DNA of 64,000 nt, from contig JBBIQS010000033.1 of NCBI GenBank assembly GCA_037442205.1, forward strand, positions 1 to 64,000. Reading direction: 5' to 3'. The stretch is from Myxococcales bacterium. Its GTDB lineage: Bacteria; Myxococcota; Myxococcia; Myxococcales; UBA5297. The position numbers were made by a program, and so were the translations under genes. Below the pieces are notes generated by a model, which made no database searches, was not told the DNA's origin, and was given only the letters and a program-made list of their open reading frames with translations. This document shows positions 1-12,620 of this stretch, piece by piece. Within the stretch, counting starts at the first letter, position 1; each line of letters opens with the position of its first letter.

Positions 1-524
1 ATGCAAAGATGGGCGAGGAAGGCGCGTTCACCTTCTTCCCCAACCGGCATGAGCCGGGCGAACAGGTCGTTTTTGGTAAGCGCTATGCGGATGACGGTGA
101 GAACCAGGGCCGCGCCGTGCTGCTGGTCTCCTCCGAGCTGGACGAGATCCTCGCGGCGAGGTCCCAGGTCGCCGCCCACTACCAGCACATCGGCGAGCTG
201 GACGATTTCGCCGGGATCGCCCTTGATCTTGTCGACCACCCCGTTGCCGCAGGTTTCGTCGGACTTGCAGTTGGCGCTGCAGCCGTCGCCGTCGATCACG
301 TTGCCGTCGTCGCAGACCTCGCCGGGCTGGACCACCCCGTCGCCGCAGTCGTCGGCGATGCAAATGGCCTGGTTGGCGGCGCAGTGCTTGCCGGGCGGAC
401 AGACGACGCCGCTGGGGCAGTCGAGGCTGGCCGGCTCGAAGCAGGTGGTGGGGAACAGCAGCAGCATCGCCAGCAGCGGCAGGCGCTTGAGCGCAGCGGG
501 GGCGCGGGAGAGGTCGGGGAGCAT
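1..524 (-). CDS. N-terminal part of a secreted Myxococcales-type cysteine-rich repeat protein; partial, the ORF runs off the window start
   Basis: Minus-strand ATG at 524 preceded by GAGGA. Signal-peptide-like N-terminus [24 protein letters not shown], then [27 protein letters not shown] and CGNGVVD, matching the CGNGxxExGExCDDGN Cys-rich repeat. The last roughly 60 residues lose the repeat pattern, and a plus-strand ORF (9..539) overlaps, so the strand call is uncertain. Confidence 0.4.
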   Translation of the reverse strand, partial: MLPDLSRAPAALKRLPLLAMLLLFPTTCFEPASLDCPSGVVCPPGKHCAANQAICIADDCGDGVVQPGEVCDDGNVIDGDGCSANCKSDETCGNGVVDKIKGDPGEIVQLADVLVVGGDLGPRREDLVQLGGDQQHGAALVLTVIRIALTKNDLFARLMPVGEEGERAFLAHLC

Positions 525-535
525 GGGATCCTCGT

Positions 536-1738
536 CTAGAAGCGCAGTTGGGCGGTGACGCCGTTGGCGTCGCCGGAGAGCAGGGGAGCCACCGAGAGGG
601 CGGCGTCCCGGCCGGGCTCGCCGGGAGTGGTCTGGTAGGGGAGGAGGCGGTTGATCCAGGTCAGCACGCCGCCGGCGGCGATGGCCGCCCCGCCGACCAC
701 GTAGGAGGTCAGCCCGACGTTCTGCTTGAGGCTGGCGCTGCTGCGCAGCCCGCTCAGCTCGGACGACGGGACGCAGCCGCCGCAGGAGATGATTCCGGCG
801 TCGAACTGCTTGAAGCCCTGGGCGGCGCTGTAGTGCATCCCGCCGCCGGCGGCGGCCACCGCCACTCCCGCCCCCAGCACCGTCCACGGGATCCACGCCG
901 CCCACTTGCGCCGGTACTGCGTCAGGTCGGCGGTGGTGTGCATCTTGATGTCGAAGACCGTGGTCTCGCCGGCGGGGAGCGCCTTGCTCGACTCGTGGGC
1001 CAGGTAGCCCTCCTTGGTGGCGACGATCGAGTGCGGCCCGGCGCGGACGAAGCCCTCGAACTGCTCCGGGGCCACGAACAGCGGCCGGCCGTCCATCACC
1101 ACCTGGGTCCCCGGCGTGTCGCAGCTGACCTTGACCCGCGCCAGCTGCTTCTCCACCAGCACCTTGTAGGCCTTGGCCTGCTCGAACTTCTCGTGGTCCA
1201 GCGGCTCGGCGCCATAGCGCATCGCCGCCAGCAGGTGCTGGTGGACCTCCAGCGGCTGGTCGAGGTTGAGCAGCGCCAGCACCAGGTTGTAGTGGATGGC
1301 CGGATGGTCCCAGCGGGCCAGCGCCTCGCGGTAGCGGGCGGCGGCCTGGACGAAGACCGATTCCTTGAGCAGGCCGTTGCCCTCGCGGAACAGCGCCAGC
1401 GCCTCGCGCTGGGCATCCTCGGAGACGCCCTTTGCCCAGGGGCGCTCGTCGTTGCCGCTCGGCGCTGCCGCGCCCTTGGCCGGGGTTTTTTCCCCATCGG
1501 GAGTCGGGGCGGTGGCCTTGTCGGGAGCGGGCTGGTCGGCCGGTGTTGGCTCGGTCGCGGCCGTGGGAGCTGGCGCTGGCGCGGGCGCGGGCGCCTTCGC
1601 GGGCCTGGCGGCGGGCTTGCCCGGAGATTTGGCCGCCTTGGCCGCGACCTTGGGCGCAGGAGGCGCGGCCTGCGCCAGGGCGAAGGCGGGGGAGAGAAGC
1701 GCCACGAGCGCGGCGGTCAGGGCTGTCGGGGTTCGCAT
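536..1738 (-). CDS. Secreted PEGA-domain protein with an Ala/Pro-rich linker, a TPR-like helical region and a C-terminal TM segment
   Basis: Internal ATG (M11 of the ORF) with AAGGA RBS. Signal peptide [22 protein letters not shown], then an AP-rich low-complexity stretch. PEGA-like beta strand motif [33 protein letters not shown]. Hydrophobic helix near the C-terminus. Confidence 0.55.
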   Translation of the reverse strand: MRTPTALTAALVALLSPAFALAQAAPPAPKVAAKAAKSPGKPAARPAKAPAPAPAPAPTAATEPTPADQPAPDKATAPTPDGEKTPAKGAAAPSGNDERPWAKGVSEDAQREALALFREGNGLLKESVFVQAAARYREALARWDHPAIHYNLVLALLNLDQPLEVHQHLLAAMRYGAEPLDHEKFEQAKAYKVLVEKQLARVKVSCDTPGTQVVMDGRPLFVAPEQFEGFVRAGPHSIVATKEGYLAHESSKALPAGETTVFDIKMHTTADLTQYRRKWAAWIPWTVLGAGVAVAAAGGGMHYSAAQGFKQFDAGIISCGGCVPSSELSGLRSSASLKQNVGLTSYVVGGAAIAAGGVLTWINRLLPYQTTPGEPGRDAALSVAPLLSGDANGVTAQLRF

Positions 1739-1764
1739 GGCCGATCCTTCGCAAAGGCTCCTGA

Positions 1765-4782
<3,018 letters not shown>

Positions 4783-5202
4783 AGCCGGGCCTTTGCTGCG
4801 GAGTCGAAGGAGCGCCGAGGGCCGCCGCACATGGCTTTCGACCTGGGCCGAAGGCGGGGTGCTGCTCGACCAAGTGCACTCTGCCGGGAGGTCACGGGCG
4901 ACAGAGCGCTTGGTTAAGAGCGCAATATTGCCGCAATTCCAGAACTTGCGCTAATGCCCCCCGGCGGACGGAGTGGGGTCTTAGACACCCATCGGCGCAG
5001 CCCCGGCTCCGCGGCTGGGGCGAGGCAAGTGCGGGCTTGCGGCCGCGGCCGGTGGTCCTCCAGCCGCGCGGCGGGCGAGCGGGAGGCGACTCTCGCTTGT
5101 GTTTTCGCCCGCTTCCGTGCGAAGGGGAACCTGTTCCGAGCGCGGCACGCAGCGTGCGATGCCCGCCGAGGCAAACCGGGCGGGCGGCAGGTGCAAGAGC
5201 TC

Positions 5203-6006
5203 ATGAACCACAAGGCGATCGGGGTCTTCGACAGCGGGGTGGGCGGGCTGACGGTGCTCAAGGCGCTGATGGAGCGCCTGCCGTCGGAGAGCACCGTCTA
5301 CCTGGGCGACACCGCGCGGGTCCCCTACGGCACCAAGAGCCCCGAGGTGGTGATCCGCTACAGCCTCGCCAACGCCCGCTTCCTGCTGGGCCAGCAGATA
5401 AAGCTGCTGGTGGTGGCCTGCAACACCGCCTCCGCGGTCTCGCTGCCGGCGCTGAGTGCCGAGCTGTCGATCCCGGTGCTGGGAGTGATCGGCCCCGGCG
5501 CCGCCGCCGCCGCCAAGGCGAGCCGGGGGCGGGTGGGAGTGATCGGCACGCCCGGGACCATCGCCAGCGGCGCCTACCAGGCCGCACTCTCGCAGCTGAA
5601 GCCGGGGATGTTCCTGCAGGCCCGCGCCTGCCCGCTGTTCGTGCCGCTGGCCGAGGAAGGCTGGATCGAGGGCGAGGTGGTGGAGGCGGTGGCTCGCAAG
5701 TACCTCGCCGACTTCGCTCCCGCCGGGATCGACACTCTGGTGCTGGGCTGCACGCACTATCCGCTGCTCAAGGGCGCCATCCGCAAGGTGATGGGCGACC
5801 AGGTGACGCTGGTCGACAGCGCCGAGGCCACCGCGCAGGCGGTGCAGGCGCTGCTCGAGGAGCGGCGGTGGCTGGCGGCCCCGGGAGCGAAGGCGACGCA
5901 CCGCTACTTCGTGACCGACCTGCCGGAGCGCTTCGCCGAGGTGGGGGCGCGCTTCCTCAACCGCCCTATCGACAAGGCCGAGCTGGTGGACATCCGGCTG
6001 GCGTAG
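5203..6006 (+). CDS. murI: Glutamate racemase
   Basis: MNHKAIGVFDSGVGGLTVL, LGDTARVPYG, VVACNTAS, GCTHYPLL: the canonical MurI motifs, including both catalytic Cys regions. The upstream in-frame part of ORF 4954.. is Arg/Gly-rich and lacks these motifs. Confidence 0.9.
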   Translation: MNHKAIGVFDSGVGGLTVLKALMERLPSESTVYLGDTARVPYGTKSPEVVIRYSLANARFLLGQQIKLLVVACNTASAVSLPALSAELSIPVLGVIGPGAAAAAKASRGRVGVIGTPGTIASGAYQAALSQLKPGMFLQARACPLFVPLAEEGWIEGEVVEAVARKYLADFAPAGIDTLVLGCTHYPLLKGAIRKVMGDQVTLVDSAEATAQAVQALLEERRWLAAPGAKATHRYFVTDLPERFAEVGARFLNRPIDKAELVDIRLA

Positions 6007-6011
6007 CGGCG

Positions 6012-6569
6012 CTACTTCCCGCCGGACTCGCCGGCCAGGTAGGCCAGGATCACTTCGTCCAGGCTCTTCTCGCTGATCAGGTCCTCGCCGAAGAGCGTCT
6101 CGCCGCCTTCCTTGGGCTTGACGTTCTTGAACTCGCGCGCCGCCAGCACCTCGGGGGGGACCTCCGGAGGCGGCTCGGCCAGCGTCTCGAGTTGAATCGG
6201 GCGCGGCTGGGCGGAAACGCCGGCGTTGAGCTTGACGTCCCTGGCCTCGGTGTTGATCTGGCCCGGCTGGTAGGACTTGGTGCGGGAGAGGGCGGCGTCG
6301 GCCTCGTCATAGACGCCGTTGAGGAGGTTGCGCAGCATCTCCTTGTGCTGCTCCTCCATCAGCTCGCGCACCACCTCGGCCAGGTTCTCGGCGTTGACGA
6401 TGTCGGCGTAGCTGGTCTTCTTCGAGGCCAGGATGTTCCCGCCCACGAACATGTGCGTGATGATGTGCGGATTGTTGACGCCCGAGTCCTCGGTCTGGAT
6501 GTGGTAGACCTTGTTCTTGTGCTTGATGTTGTGGTTGAAGCCGGTGATGGCCTTTTTGAAAACGGTCAT
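6012..6569 (-). CDS. Conserved hypothetical protein
   Basis: 185-aa ORF with non-biased composition, unlike the Arg/Pro-rich antisense frames (MTVFKKAITGFNHNIKHKNKVYHIQTEDSG...). No recognisable catalytic motif. Convergent with murI. Confidence 0.45.
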   Translation of the reverse strand: MTVFKKAITGFNHNIKHKNKVYHIQTEDSGVNNPHIITHMFVGGNILASKKTSYADIVNAENLAEVVRELMEEQHKEMLRNLLNGVYDEADAALSRTKSYQPGQINTEARDVKLNAGVSAQPRPIQLETLAEPPPEVPPEVLAAREFKNVKPKEGGETLFGEDLISEKSLDEVILAYLAGESGGK

Positions 6570-6874
6570 GGGGACGGGGACTTAGGCTTCCTTTCCGCCG
6601 GGTCCAGGCAGGGGGCCCACTGTAGCGCGGCGGGTTTGGCCCGGCAACTGAGACCGCTCTCGACTCGCGGCTCCTCGCGCCGCCCACTCCATCGCATTCC
6701 GAGCCGGCCGGCGGGCCGCCGCCTGCTCTTCGTCAAACCGCTCGCTCGCCGCTGGGGCAGAAGTCCGGTGCCGCATTCCGTTCCTTGTCGGCTGGGGCAC
6801 AGTCGGGGTAATTCTCATCGGCCCGACCGACCGCGCCCTGTGGGCTGGCGCCTGGGCGGGCGACTGGAGAGACG

Positions 6875-7723
6875 ATGACGACCGCACTCAAGACCGCGCC
6901 GCGCGCCGAGATCATCGCCAGGCTCAAGGAGCTGGCCAAGGGCTTCCGCGTCGACATCATCCAGATGCTCGAGAAGGCGGGCAGCGGGCACCCGGGCGGC
7001 AGCCTGTCGGCCATCGACCTGGTGACCGCGCTCTACTTCCACCAGCTGCGCCACGACCCCAAGCGGCCCGACTGGACGGAGCGCGACCGCTTCGTGCTCT
7101 CCAAGGGCCACGGGGTGCCGGCGGTCTATGCCGCGCTGGCCGAGGCCGGCTACTTCCCCAAGGCCGAGCTGTCCAAGCTGCGCCATCTGGGCGCGATGCT
7201 CCAGGGCCACCCAGTGGCCTCGTCGACGCCGGGGATCGAGGCCTGCACCGGGTCCTTGGGGCAGGGGCTCTCCATCGCTCAGGGGATGGCGATGGCCTCC
7301 CAGGCCGACGGGGGCAAGTTCCACGTCTGGTGCATGATCGGCGACGGCGAGATGCAGGAGGGGCAGATCTGGGAGGCGGCGATGAGCGCCGCCAAGTACA
7401 AGCTCGACGCCCTGACCTGCATCCTCGACTACAACAAGGGCCAGATCGACGGGCACGTCAAAGACGTGATGCCGGTGGAGCCGGTCGCCGACAAGTGGCG
7501 GGCCTTCGGCTGGAACGTGGTGGCCATCGACGGCCATGACTTCGGGCAGATCCTCGACGGCTTCGACCAGGCGCTGGCCAAGAAGGGCCAGCCGACCTTC
7601 ATCCTGGCCAACACGATCAAGGGCAAGGCGGTCAGCTTCATGGAGGACCGCATCGAGTGGCACGGGTCGACTCCGAACAAGGAGCAGGCGGCCAAGGCCA
7701 TCGAAGAGATCCAGCGCAGCTGA
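6875..7723 (+). CDS. Transketolase, N-terminal (thiamine-diphosphate-binding) subunit of a split transketolase
   Basis: GSGHPGGSLS, LSKGHG, GSLGQGLS, IGDGEMQEGQ: the transketolase N-terminal signature in a 282-aa protein that stops at 7723. Confidence 0.85.
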   Translation: MTTALKTAPRAEIIARLKELAKGFRVDIIQMLEKAGSGHPGGSLSAIDLVTALYFHQLRHDPKRPDWTERDRFVLSKGHGVPAVYAALAEAGYFPKAELSKLRHLGAMLQGHPVASSTPGIEACTGSLGQGLSIAQGMAMASQADGGKFHVWCMIGDGEMQEGQIWEAAMSAAKYKLDALTCILDYNKGQIDGHVKDVMPVEPVADKWRAFGWNVVAIDGHDFGQILDGFDQALAKKGQPTFILANTIKGKAVSFMEDRIEWHGSTPNKEQAAKAIEEIQRS

Positions 7724-7737
7724 CGAGGACTGACACC

Positions 7738-8670
7738 ATGCCTGCCAAAGCAACCCGCGACGCCTTCGGAGAGAGCCTGGCCAAGCTGGGCGAGAAGTAC
7801 CCGCAGATCGTGGCGCTCGACGCCGACCTGGCCAAGAGCACCAAGAGCGAGCTGTTCGCCAAGAAGTACCCGGCCCGCTTCTTCGAGATGGGCATCCAGG
7901 AGGCGAACATGATCGGCGTCGCCGCCGGGATGGCCCTCTCCGGGAAGGTGCCCTTCATCTGCTCCTTCGCCTGCTTCGTGACCGGGCGGTTCGACCAGAT
8001 CCGCATGTCGGTCTGCTACAGCCGCGCCAACGTGCGCATCGTCGGCAGCCACGCCGGAGTGGGCATCGGCGAGGACGGCTACAGCCAGCAGGGGCTGGAG
8101 GACATCGCCATCATGCGCGCGCTGCCGAACATGGTGGTGATCCAGCCGGCCGACGACCTCGAGTGCGAGCAGGCGGTGGAGTTCCTGGTCAACTACCAGG
8201 GCCCGGCGTTTTTGCGCACCACGCGCCAGAAGCTGGAGCGGGTCAACGGCGAGGGCTACAAATTCGAGCTGGGCAAGGCGGTGACCCTGCGCGAGGGCAG
8301 CGACGTGGCGATCTTCGCCACCGGCGGCACGGTGCAGGGCGCGGTCAAGGCCCACGAGGCGCTCAAGCAGAAGGGCGTCGCCGCGCGGGTGGTCAACGTC
8401 CACAGCCTCAAGCCGTTCGACAACGCCGCCGCGGTCAAGGCCGCCAAGGAGTGCAAGGGCGGGATCGTCGCGGTCGAGGACCACAACGTCATCGGCGGGC
8501 TGGGCTCGTGCATCGCCGACGCCCTGGCCGAGGCCGGGGTCGGAGCCAAGGTCCACCGGATCGGCATCGAGGGCTTCGGCGAGTCGGGCACTCCCGAGGA
8601 GCTGCTCCACCACTTCCAGCTCGACGCCGAGGGGATCGAGAAGCGGACGCTGCGTTTCCTCGGGCGCTAG
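7738..8670 (+). CDS. Transketolase, C-terminal (pyrimidine-binding plus C-terminal domain) subunit
   Basis: FEMGIQEANMIGVAAGMA, GSHAGVGIGEDGYSQQ, and a C-terminal domain GGLGSCIAD. Start at internal ATG 7738, 15 nt after the N-subunit stop. The upstream in-frame residues are Arg/Gly-rich and judged not coding. Confidence 0.85.
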   Translation: MPAKATRDAFGESLAKLGEKYPQIVALDADLAKSTKSELFAKKYPARFFEMGIQEANMIGVAAGMALSGKVPFICSFACFVTGRFDQIRMSVCYSRANVRIVGSHAGVGIGEDGYSQQGLEDIAIMRALPNMVVIQPADDLECEQAVEFLVNYQGPAFLRTTRQKLERVNGEGYKFELGKAVTLREGSDVAIFATGGTVQGAVKAHEALKQKGVAARVVNVHSLKPFDNAAAVKAAKECKGGIVAVEDHNVIGGLGSCIADALAEAGVGAKVHRIGIEGFGESGTPEELLHHFQLDAEGIEKRTLRFLGR

Positions 8671-8694
8671 TCCGGGATCCCGGGCGATTTCCCG

Positions 8695-9312
8695 ATGTTG
8701 CCGCTCGCCGATGCCCTCGTTCGCCTCGAAGCGGCGCTCCTGTCCTCGGGCGAGGCGGCGCCGCTGGCGCCGTTCCGCCCGCCGCAGGGCGGCGTCCTCT
8801 CCGGCGAGTTCGAGGTCCGCTCCGCCGACGGCACCGTGCGCCGGATGCAGCCGGCGACTCTCGCGCTGCCCGGGCCGCTCTTGCGCGCCTTCGCCCACAA
8901 GGCGCCGGCGCGCAACCTGCGGATCGACCTCGGCTCGCACGCGCTGACCCTCTGGCAGCCGCTGGAGCTGCTGGAGCTGCAGGTCGGCCACCGCTGGCAC
9001 GGCTTCACCGGCAAGCGGATGCCGGAGTGGGACGAGCGCTACGTGGTCTTCGCCGAGGACGGCGGCGATCCCGTGGCGATGCGCCTCGACGAGCCGGAGG
9101 GGCCGGTGTGGCTGTCGCACCGCGGCGACGGGCGGCACGTCTTCTTCCCGGCGGCGCCGAGCCTGGCCGCGTTCTACCTGGCGCTGGCGCTGTTTCTCGA
9201 GAATCGCGAGCTGGCGGCCCTGGAAGGCGCGCTGAGCACCAGCTTCGGCGAGGCGGCGCAGCAGCTCTGGCTGTGGCGGGAGCTGATCTCGCTGGAAGAC
9301 GCCCGCCGCTGA
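8695..9312 (+). CDS. Hypothetical protein
   Basis: 205-aa ORF with balanced composition and G/C-ending codons. The overlapping antisense ORFs are Arg/Pro-rich. No motif recognised. Confidence 0.45.
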   Translation: MLPLADALVRLEAALLSSGEAAPLAPFRPPQGGVLSGEFEVRSADGTVRRMQPATLALPGPLLRAFAHKAPARNLRIDLGSHALTLWQPLELLELQVGHRWHGFTGKRMPEWDERYVVFAEDGGDPVAMRLDEPEGPVWLSHRGDGRHVFFPAAPSLAAFYLALALFLENRELAALEGALSTSFGEAAQQLWLWRELISLEDARR

Positions 9313-9395
9313 GCTCTCTGCCGCGCCTCGTCGTTGCCCGCCTGCTCTGCTCGCCGCTAAGCTTGTCCACCTTTTCGAACCCAAGGGGTCTCGCG

Positions 9396-9947
9396 ATGTC
9401 TCGAACGCTCCAAAGCGCGCTGGCGGCGCTGGTGTTGCTCGCCGCTTCGCTGGCGCAGGCGACGGTGGTGGCCAAGCTGAGCACCGAGCAGCTGACTCAG
9501 AAGTCGCACCGGGTGGTCCGCGGCACGGTCAAGGCCGCCCACTCCGCCTGGACGCCCGACCGCCGGCGCATCGTGACCTACTACCAGATCGACGTCCTCG
9601 AATCGTTCAAGGGCGAGGGCGCGGTCGAGGTGGTGGTGGTCGGCGGCGAGATGGACGGAGTCGCTGCCTATCCCTCCGGCTTCGCCAAGATGACCCCGGG
9701 CGAAGAAGTGGTGCTGTTCCTGGAGAAGAGCCCGCTGCAGGGATTCGTGCCGATCTCGATGTCGGCGGCGGTCTACCGAGTCGCCCGGCAGAGCGGGCAG
9801 GCGCTGGTCCGGCGCAACCTCGAGGGACTCTCACTGGCGGTGCTGCCGCCGGGCGGCGCCATGAGGCTCGAGGAGCCCAAGCCGATTGAGCCGATGGGCA
9901 CGCTCGACGAGGTCCGCGCCGCCATCCAGCGCGGCCTGGGCCGCTAG
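9396..9947 (+). CDS. Small secreted protein with a signal peptide
   Basis: ATG at 9396 in frame inside the spurious long ORF 8163..9947. Signal peptide MSRTLQSALAALVLLAASLAQATV. 183 aa. Ends 13 nt before the metalloprotease gene. Confidence 0.5.
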   Translation: MSRTLQSALAALVLLAASLAQATVVAKLSTEQLTQKSHRVVRGTVKAAHSAWTPDRRRIVTYYQIDVLESFKGEGAVEVVVVGGEMDGVAAYPSGFAKMTPGEEVVLFLEKSPLQGFVPISMSAAVYRVARQSGQALVRRNLEGLSLAVLPPGGAMRLEEPKPIEPMGTLDEVRAAIQRGLGR

Positions 9948-9959
9948 AGGAGACCGACC

Positions 9960-11732
9960 ATGCGAATCCCTCTCCTCGTCGGTCTCCTCGCCCTGACCCT
10001 CCCCGCCGCGGCGCTCGCCCAGAACCAGTGCGCCACCTCGTGCACCACCGGCAGCACCAACCTCTGCTCCGCCCGCGGCTCGGCCACCCAGGCCTGCCTG
10101 TGTACCGTCTCGCCGCGCTGGCAGGGCGTCTCCACGGTCAAGTACCAGATCTTCAATCACGCCGCCGGCATCCCCAACTCGAACATCAGCCTCAGCCAGG
10201 CGCAGACCACCGTCGCGGCTTCCTTCAACTCCTGGAACGCGATCGGCACTCCGCTCACCGTCACCTTCGACCGGCTCTCGAGCTACAGCTCGCCCTCGCA
10301 GGCCGCCAACGGCAACGACAACCTCAACACGCTGGTGTGGATCGACACCGGCTGGACCTACGGCTCGGGCACCCTGGGCGTGACCACCCCGTACTTCTAC
10401 ACGGGCACCAACCAGATCATCGACGCCGACATCGAGTTCAACGCCCAGGACTGGGGCTGGACCACCAGCAGCAACCCGCCGCAGGGCGAGCTGGACATGC
10501 AGTCGATCGTGACGCACGAGGGCGGCCACTTCTGGGGCGCCATCCACACCCCCGACGCCAGCTCGGTCATGTATTACGCCTACTCCGGCGGCGCCAAGCG
10601 CACCCTGACCTCCGACGACAAGGCGCAGATGACCTGCCTCTACCCCGGTTCCGGGTCGGCCAAAGGCGGCGTCGGCGCGAGCTGCGCCACCAAGACCGAC
10701 TGCCAGACCGGGCTGGTCTGCGCCAAGCCGCTCTCGGGCACCTCGACCGCCTACGTCTGCGCCACTGCCTGCTCGCCGGGCTCCAGCGTCTGCGCCGCCG
10801 GCGAGAGCTGCGGCTCGGCCGCCTCCAGCCCGGCCGGCACCAACAACGCCTGCTTCGCCGCCGCCACCGGCCCCTCCGACCTGTGCTCCTTCTGCCAGCA
10901 GGGCGGCGACTGCACCACCGGCCTGTGCATCGGCGCCGGCACCTACTCGTTCTGCTCGGGGACCTGCTCCGGCGCCAGCGCGTGCGGGACGGGCTTCGCC
11001 TGCTACAACCTGAGCTCCGGCGGGACGGCCTGCGCGCCCTCGTCGGCCGACCACCACTGCCCCACGCCGCAGTGCGGCGCGGGCAAGAGCTGCCCGGCCG
11101 GCTTCAGCTGCGACGCGGCCGGGATGTGCGTCTCCTCCGGCTCCAGCGGCAGCTCCGCTGCCTGCGGCACCTGCGACGGCACCAAGCCGTGCCCGACCGG
11201 CTACGACTGCGTCCAGACCGGCGCCAGCGGCGGCTACACCTGCCACAAGCAGTGCACCTCGGCCTCCAACTGCTCCAACCAGCTGTGCCGCTGGTCGGAC
11301 GGCGCCGGCAGCACCTGGTGCGCCTGCGACGCCGAAGTGGCCGGGCGTGGTCAAGCCTGCGTGACCAGCGGCCCCGGCAAGATCTGCGGCGCCGCCGACC
11401 TGTGCGCCAGCGCCAACGGCCAGAACACCTGCCTCCAGAAGTGCTCGGCCTCCAGCCCCTGCCCTGCGGGCAGCACCTGTGCGGCAGTCACCGGAGGCAG
11501 CGCCTGCGTGCCGAACAGCGGCTCGGCTGCCGATGCCGGCAGCTCCGGCGACTCGGGCTCGACCGCGGGCTCCGGATCGTCCGGGGGCTCGAATCCCAGC
11601 GATACCGCGCCCGCGGCGCAGGGCTGTGGCTGCGGCAGCGCCGGCGCCGCTCCGGCCTCGCTGTTGGGGCTGGCGGGCCTGACCGGAATGCTGCGCGGAC
11701 TCCGGCGCCGCCCGGCCCGCGCGAGCTGCTGA
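9960..11732 (+). CDS. Secreted zinc metalloprotease (matrixin/M10-like) with a Cys-rich C-terminal region and a MYXO-CTERM sorting signal
   Basis: Signal peptide. HEGGHFWGAIHTPDASSVMYY is an HExxHxxGxxH zinc site plus Met-turn. About 300 aa of Cys/Gly/Ser-rich modules follow. The C-terminus GCGCGSAGAAPASLLGLAGLTGMLRGLRRRPAR has the MYXO-CTERM architecture (GC motif, hydrophobic helix, Arg tail). Confidence 0.8.
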   Translation: MRIPLLVGLLALTLPAAALAQNQCATSCTTGSTNLCSARGSATQACLCTVSPRWQGVSTVKYQIFNHAAGIPNSNISLSQAQTTVAASFNSWNAIGTPLTVTFDRLSSYSSPSQAANGNDNLNTLVWIDTGWTYGSGTLGVTTPYFYTGTNQIIDADIEFNAQDWGWTTSSNPPQGELDMQSIVTHEGGHFWGAIHTPDASSVMYYAYSGGAKRTLTSDDKAQMTCLYPGSGSAKGGVGASCATKTDCQTGLVCAKPLSGTSTAYVCATACSPGSSVCAAGESCGSAASSPAGTNNACFAAATGPSDLCSFCQQGGDCTTGLCIGAGTYSFCSGTCSGASACGTGFACYNLSSGGTACAPSSADHHCPTPQCGAGKSCPAGFSCDAAGMCVSSGSSGSSAACGTCDGTKPCPTGYDCVQTGASGGYTCHKQCTSASNCSNQLCRWSDGAGSTWCACDAEVAGRGQACVTSGPGKICGAADLCASANGQNTCLQKCSASSPCPAGSTCAAVTGGSACVPNSGSAADAGSSGDSGSTAGSGSSGGSNPSDTAPAAQGCGCGSAGAAPASLLGLAGLTGMLRGLRRRPARASC

Positions 11733-11738
11733 GCGAGC

Positions 11739-12002
11739 TCAGCCGCGCTTTTCGAGTGCCGTGGCGCCCTGCTCCGGCGGGGCGCCGTGGGCTCGGATGC
11801 GCGCCAGGTACCAGGCCGCCACCGCCGACACCACGCCGAGGTCGTCCAGCCAGCCGAGGATTGGAATGGCGTCGGGGATCAGGTCGACCGGGCTGATCAC
11901 GTAGAGGATCGCCAGCAGCGCCGGCAGCTTCTGCAGCCAGGGCACCTGGCGGTCGCGGAAGTAGGCGAGGGTCTGGCGGAAGCCGACGCGCATGGCGGTC
12001 AC
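11739..12002 (-). CDS. DUF1232/YkvA-family small membrane protein
   Basis: 87 aa; LAILYVISPVDLIPDAIPILGWLDDLGVV matches the conserved DUF1232 core. Confidence 0.65.
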   Translation of the reverse strand: MTAMRVGFRQTLAYFRDRQVPWLQKLPALLAILYVISPVDLIPDAIPILGWLDDLGVVSAVAAWYLARIRAHGAPPEQGATALEKRG

Positions 12003-12044
12003 CTCGAGTCCTCCTACGGCGATCCAAGCCGGCGATTTCTCCCG

Positions 12045-12620
12045 CTACTGCCCGCGCTTGCGCGAGGGCAGCGGCGCGGGGCGCAGCCGTCCGGCAGCGA
12101 GGCGCCTCTTGAGCTCGCGCAGCCGCTCTCCGCGCGGCCGGCGCTTGAGCCCCCAGCGCACCGCGCGCTCGGCCTCGTCGAGGCGCCCCAGCTGCATCAG
12201 CGCCACCGCCTGGTCTTCGGCGATCCACTCGTAGAGCAGGCCGTCGCCGCGCTTGAGCTGCCGCTGGGCCCGGTCGAGGTAGCCCAGCGCCTCGGCCCAG
12301 CGCCCGGCGATGCCGTGGACCGCGGCGATCGACCAGAGCGGCTCGGCCTTGGCCGGCGCCAGCCGCCGGGCGCGGTGGTAGCTGCGCAGGGCCAGAGCCT
12401 CGCGCCCCAGGGCGCACAGGATATCCCCGCGCAGCACGTGGCTGGGGGCGCAGCTGGGCCGGAAGCGGATGGCCAGCTCACTCGCCTGTAGGGCGGCCGC
12501 GAAGTCGCGCTCGATGTAGGCCACCCGCGCCTGGTCCTCGAGGCGCAGGTGGGCCCGCTCGCGCTCCAGCTCGATCGAGATCACCCCGCCCACCTCGCGC
12601 TCCCTTGCCCGCCCACCCAT
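12045..12620 (-). CDS. TPR-repeat protein
   Basis: Repeating A..A...Y..AL..W..A pattern (ALRSYHRARRLAP..., AEALGYLDRAQR...). Lies upstream in the same orientation as the DUF1232 gene. Confidence 0.5.
   Translation of the reverse strand: MGGRAREREVGGVISIELERERAHLRLEDQARVAYIERDFAAALQASELAIRFRPSCAPSHVLRGDILCALGREALALRSYHRARRLAPAKAEPLWSIAAVHGIAGRWAEALGYLDRAQRQLKRGDGLLYEWIAEDQAVALMQLGRLDEAERAVRWGLKRRPRGERLRELKRRLAAGRLRPAPLPSRKRGQ

Noticed and set aside
4981-6878. ORFs 4981..5901 (-) and 5037..6878 (+) overlapping murI
   Set aside because: murI motifs are all in the 5203..6006 frame. The others are Arg/Gly-rich with no signatures.
7429-9947. ORF 7429..9384 (-, 651 aa) and the first two thirds of ORF 8163..9947 (+)
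   Set aside because: They overlap the transketolase subunit genes and the hypothetical gene 8695..9312 on wrong frames or strands. Low-complexity Arg/Pro/Gly translations. Only the 3-prime part (9396..9947) of the plus ORF has a plausible start and signal peptide.
9831-11896. ORFs 9831..11354 (-) and 10028..11896 (+) overlapping the metalloprotease gene
   Set aside because: The metalloprotease frame carries HExxH and MYXO-CTERM. The alternatives are Gly/Ala/Arg-rich shadow ORFs.
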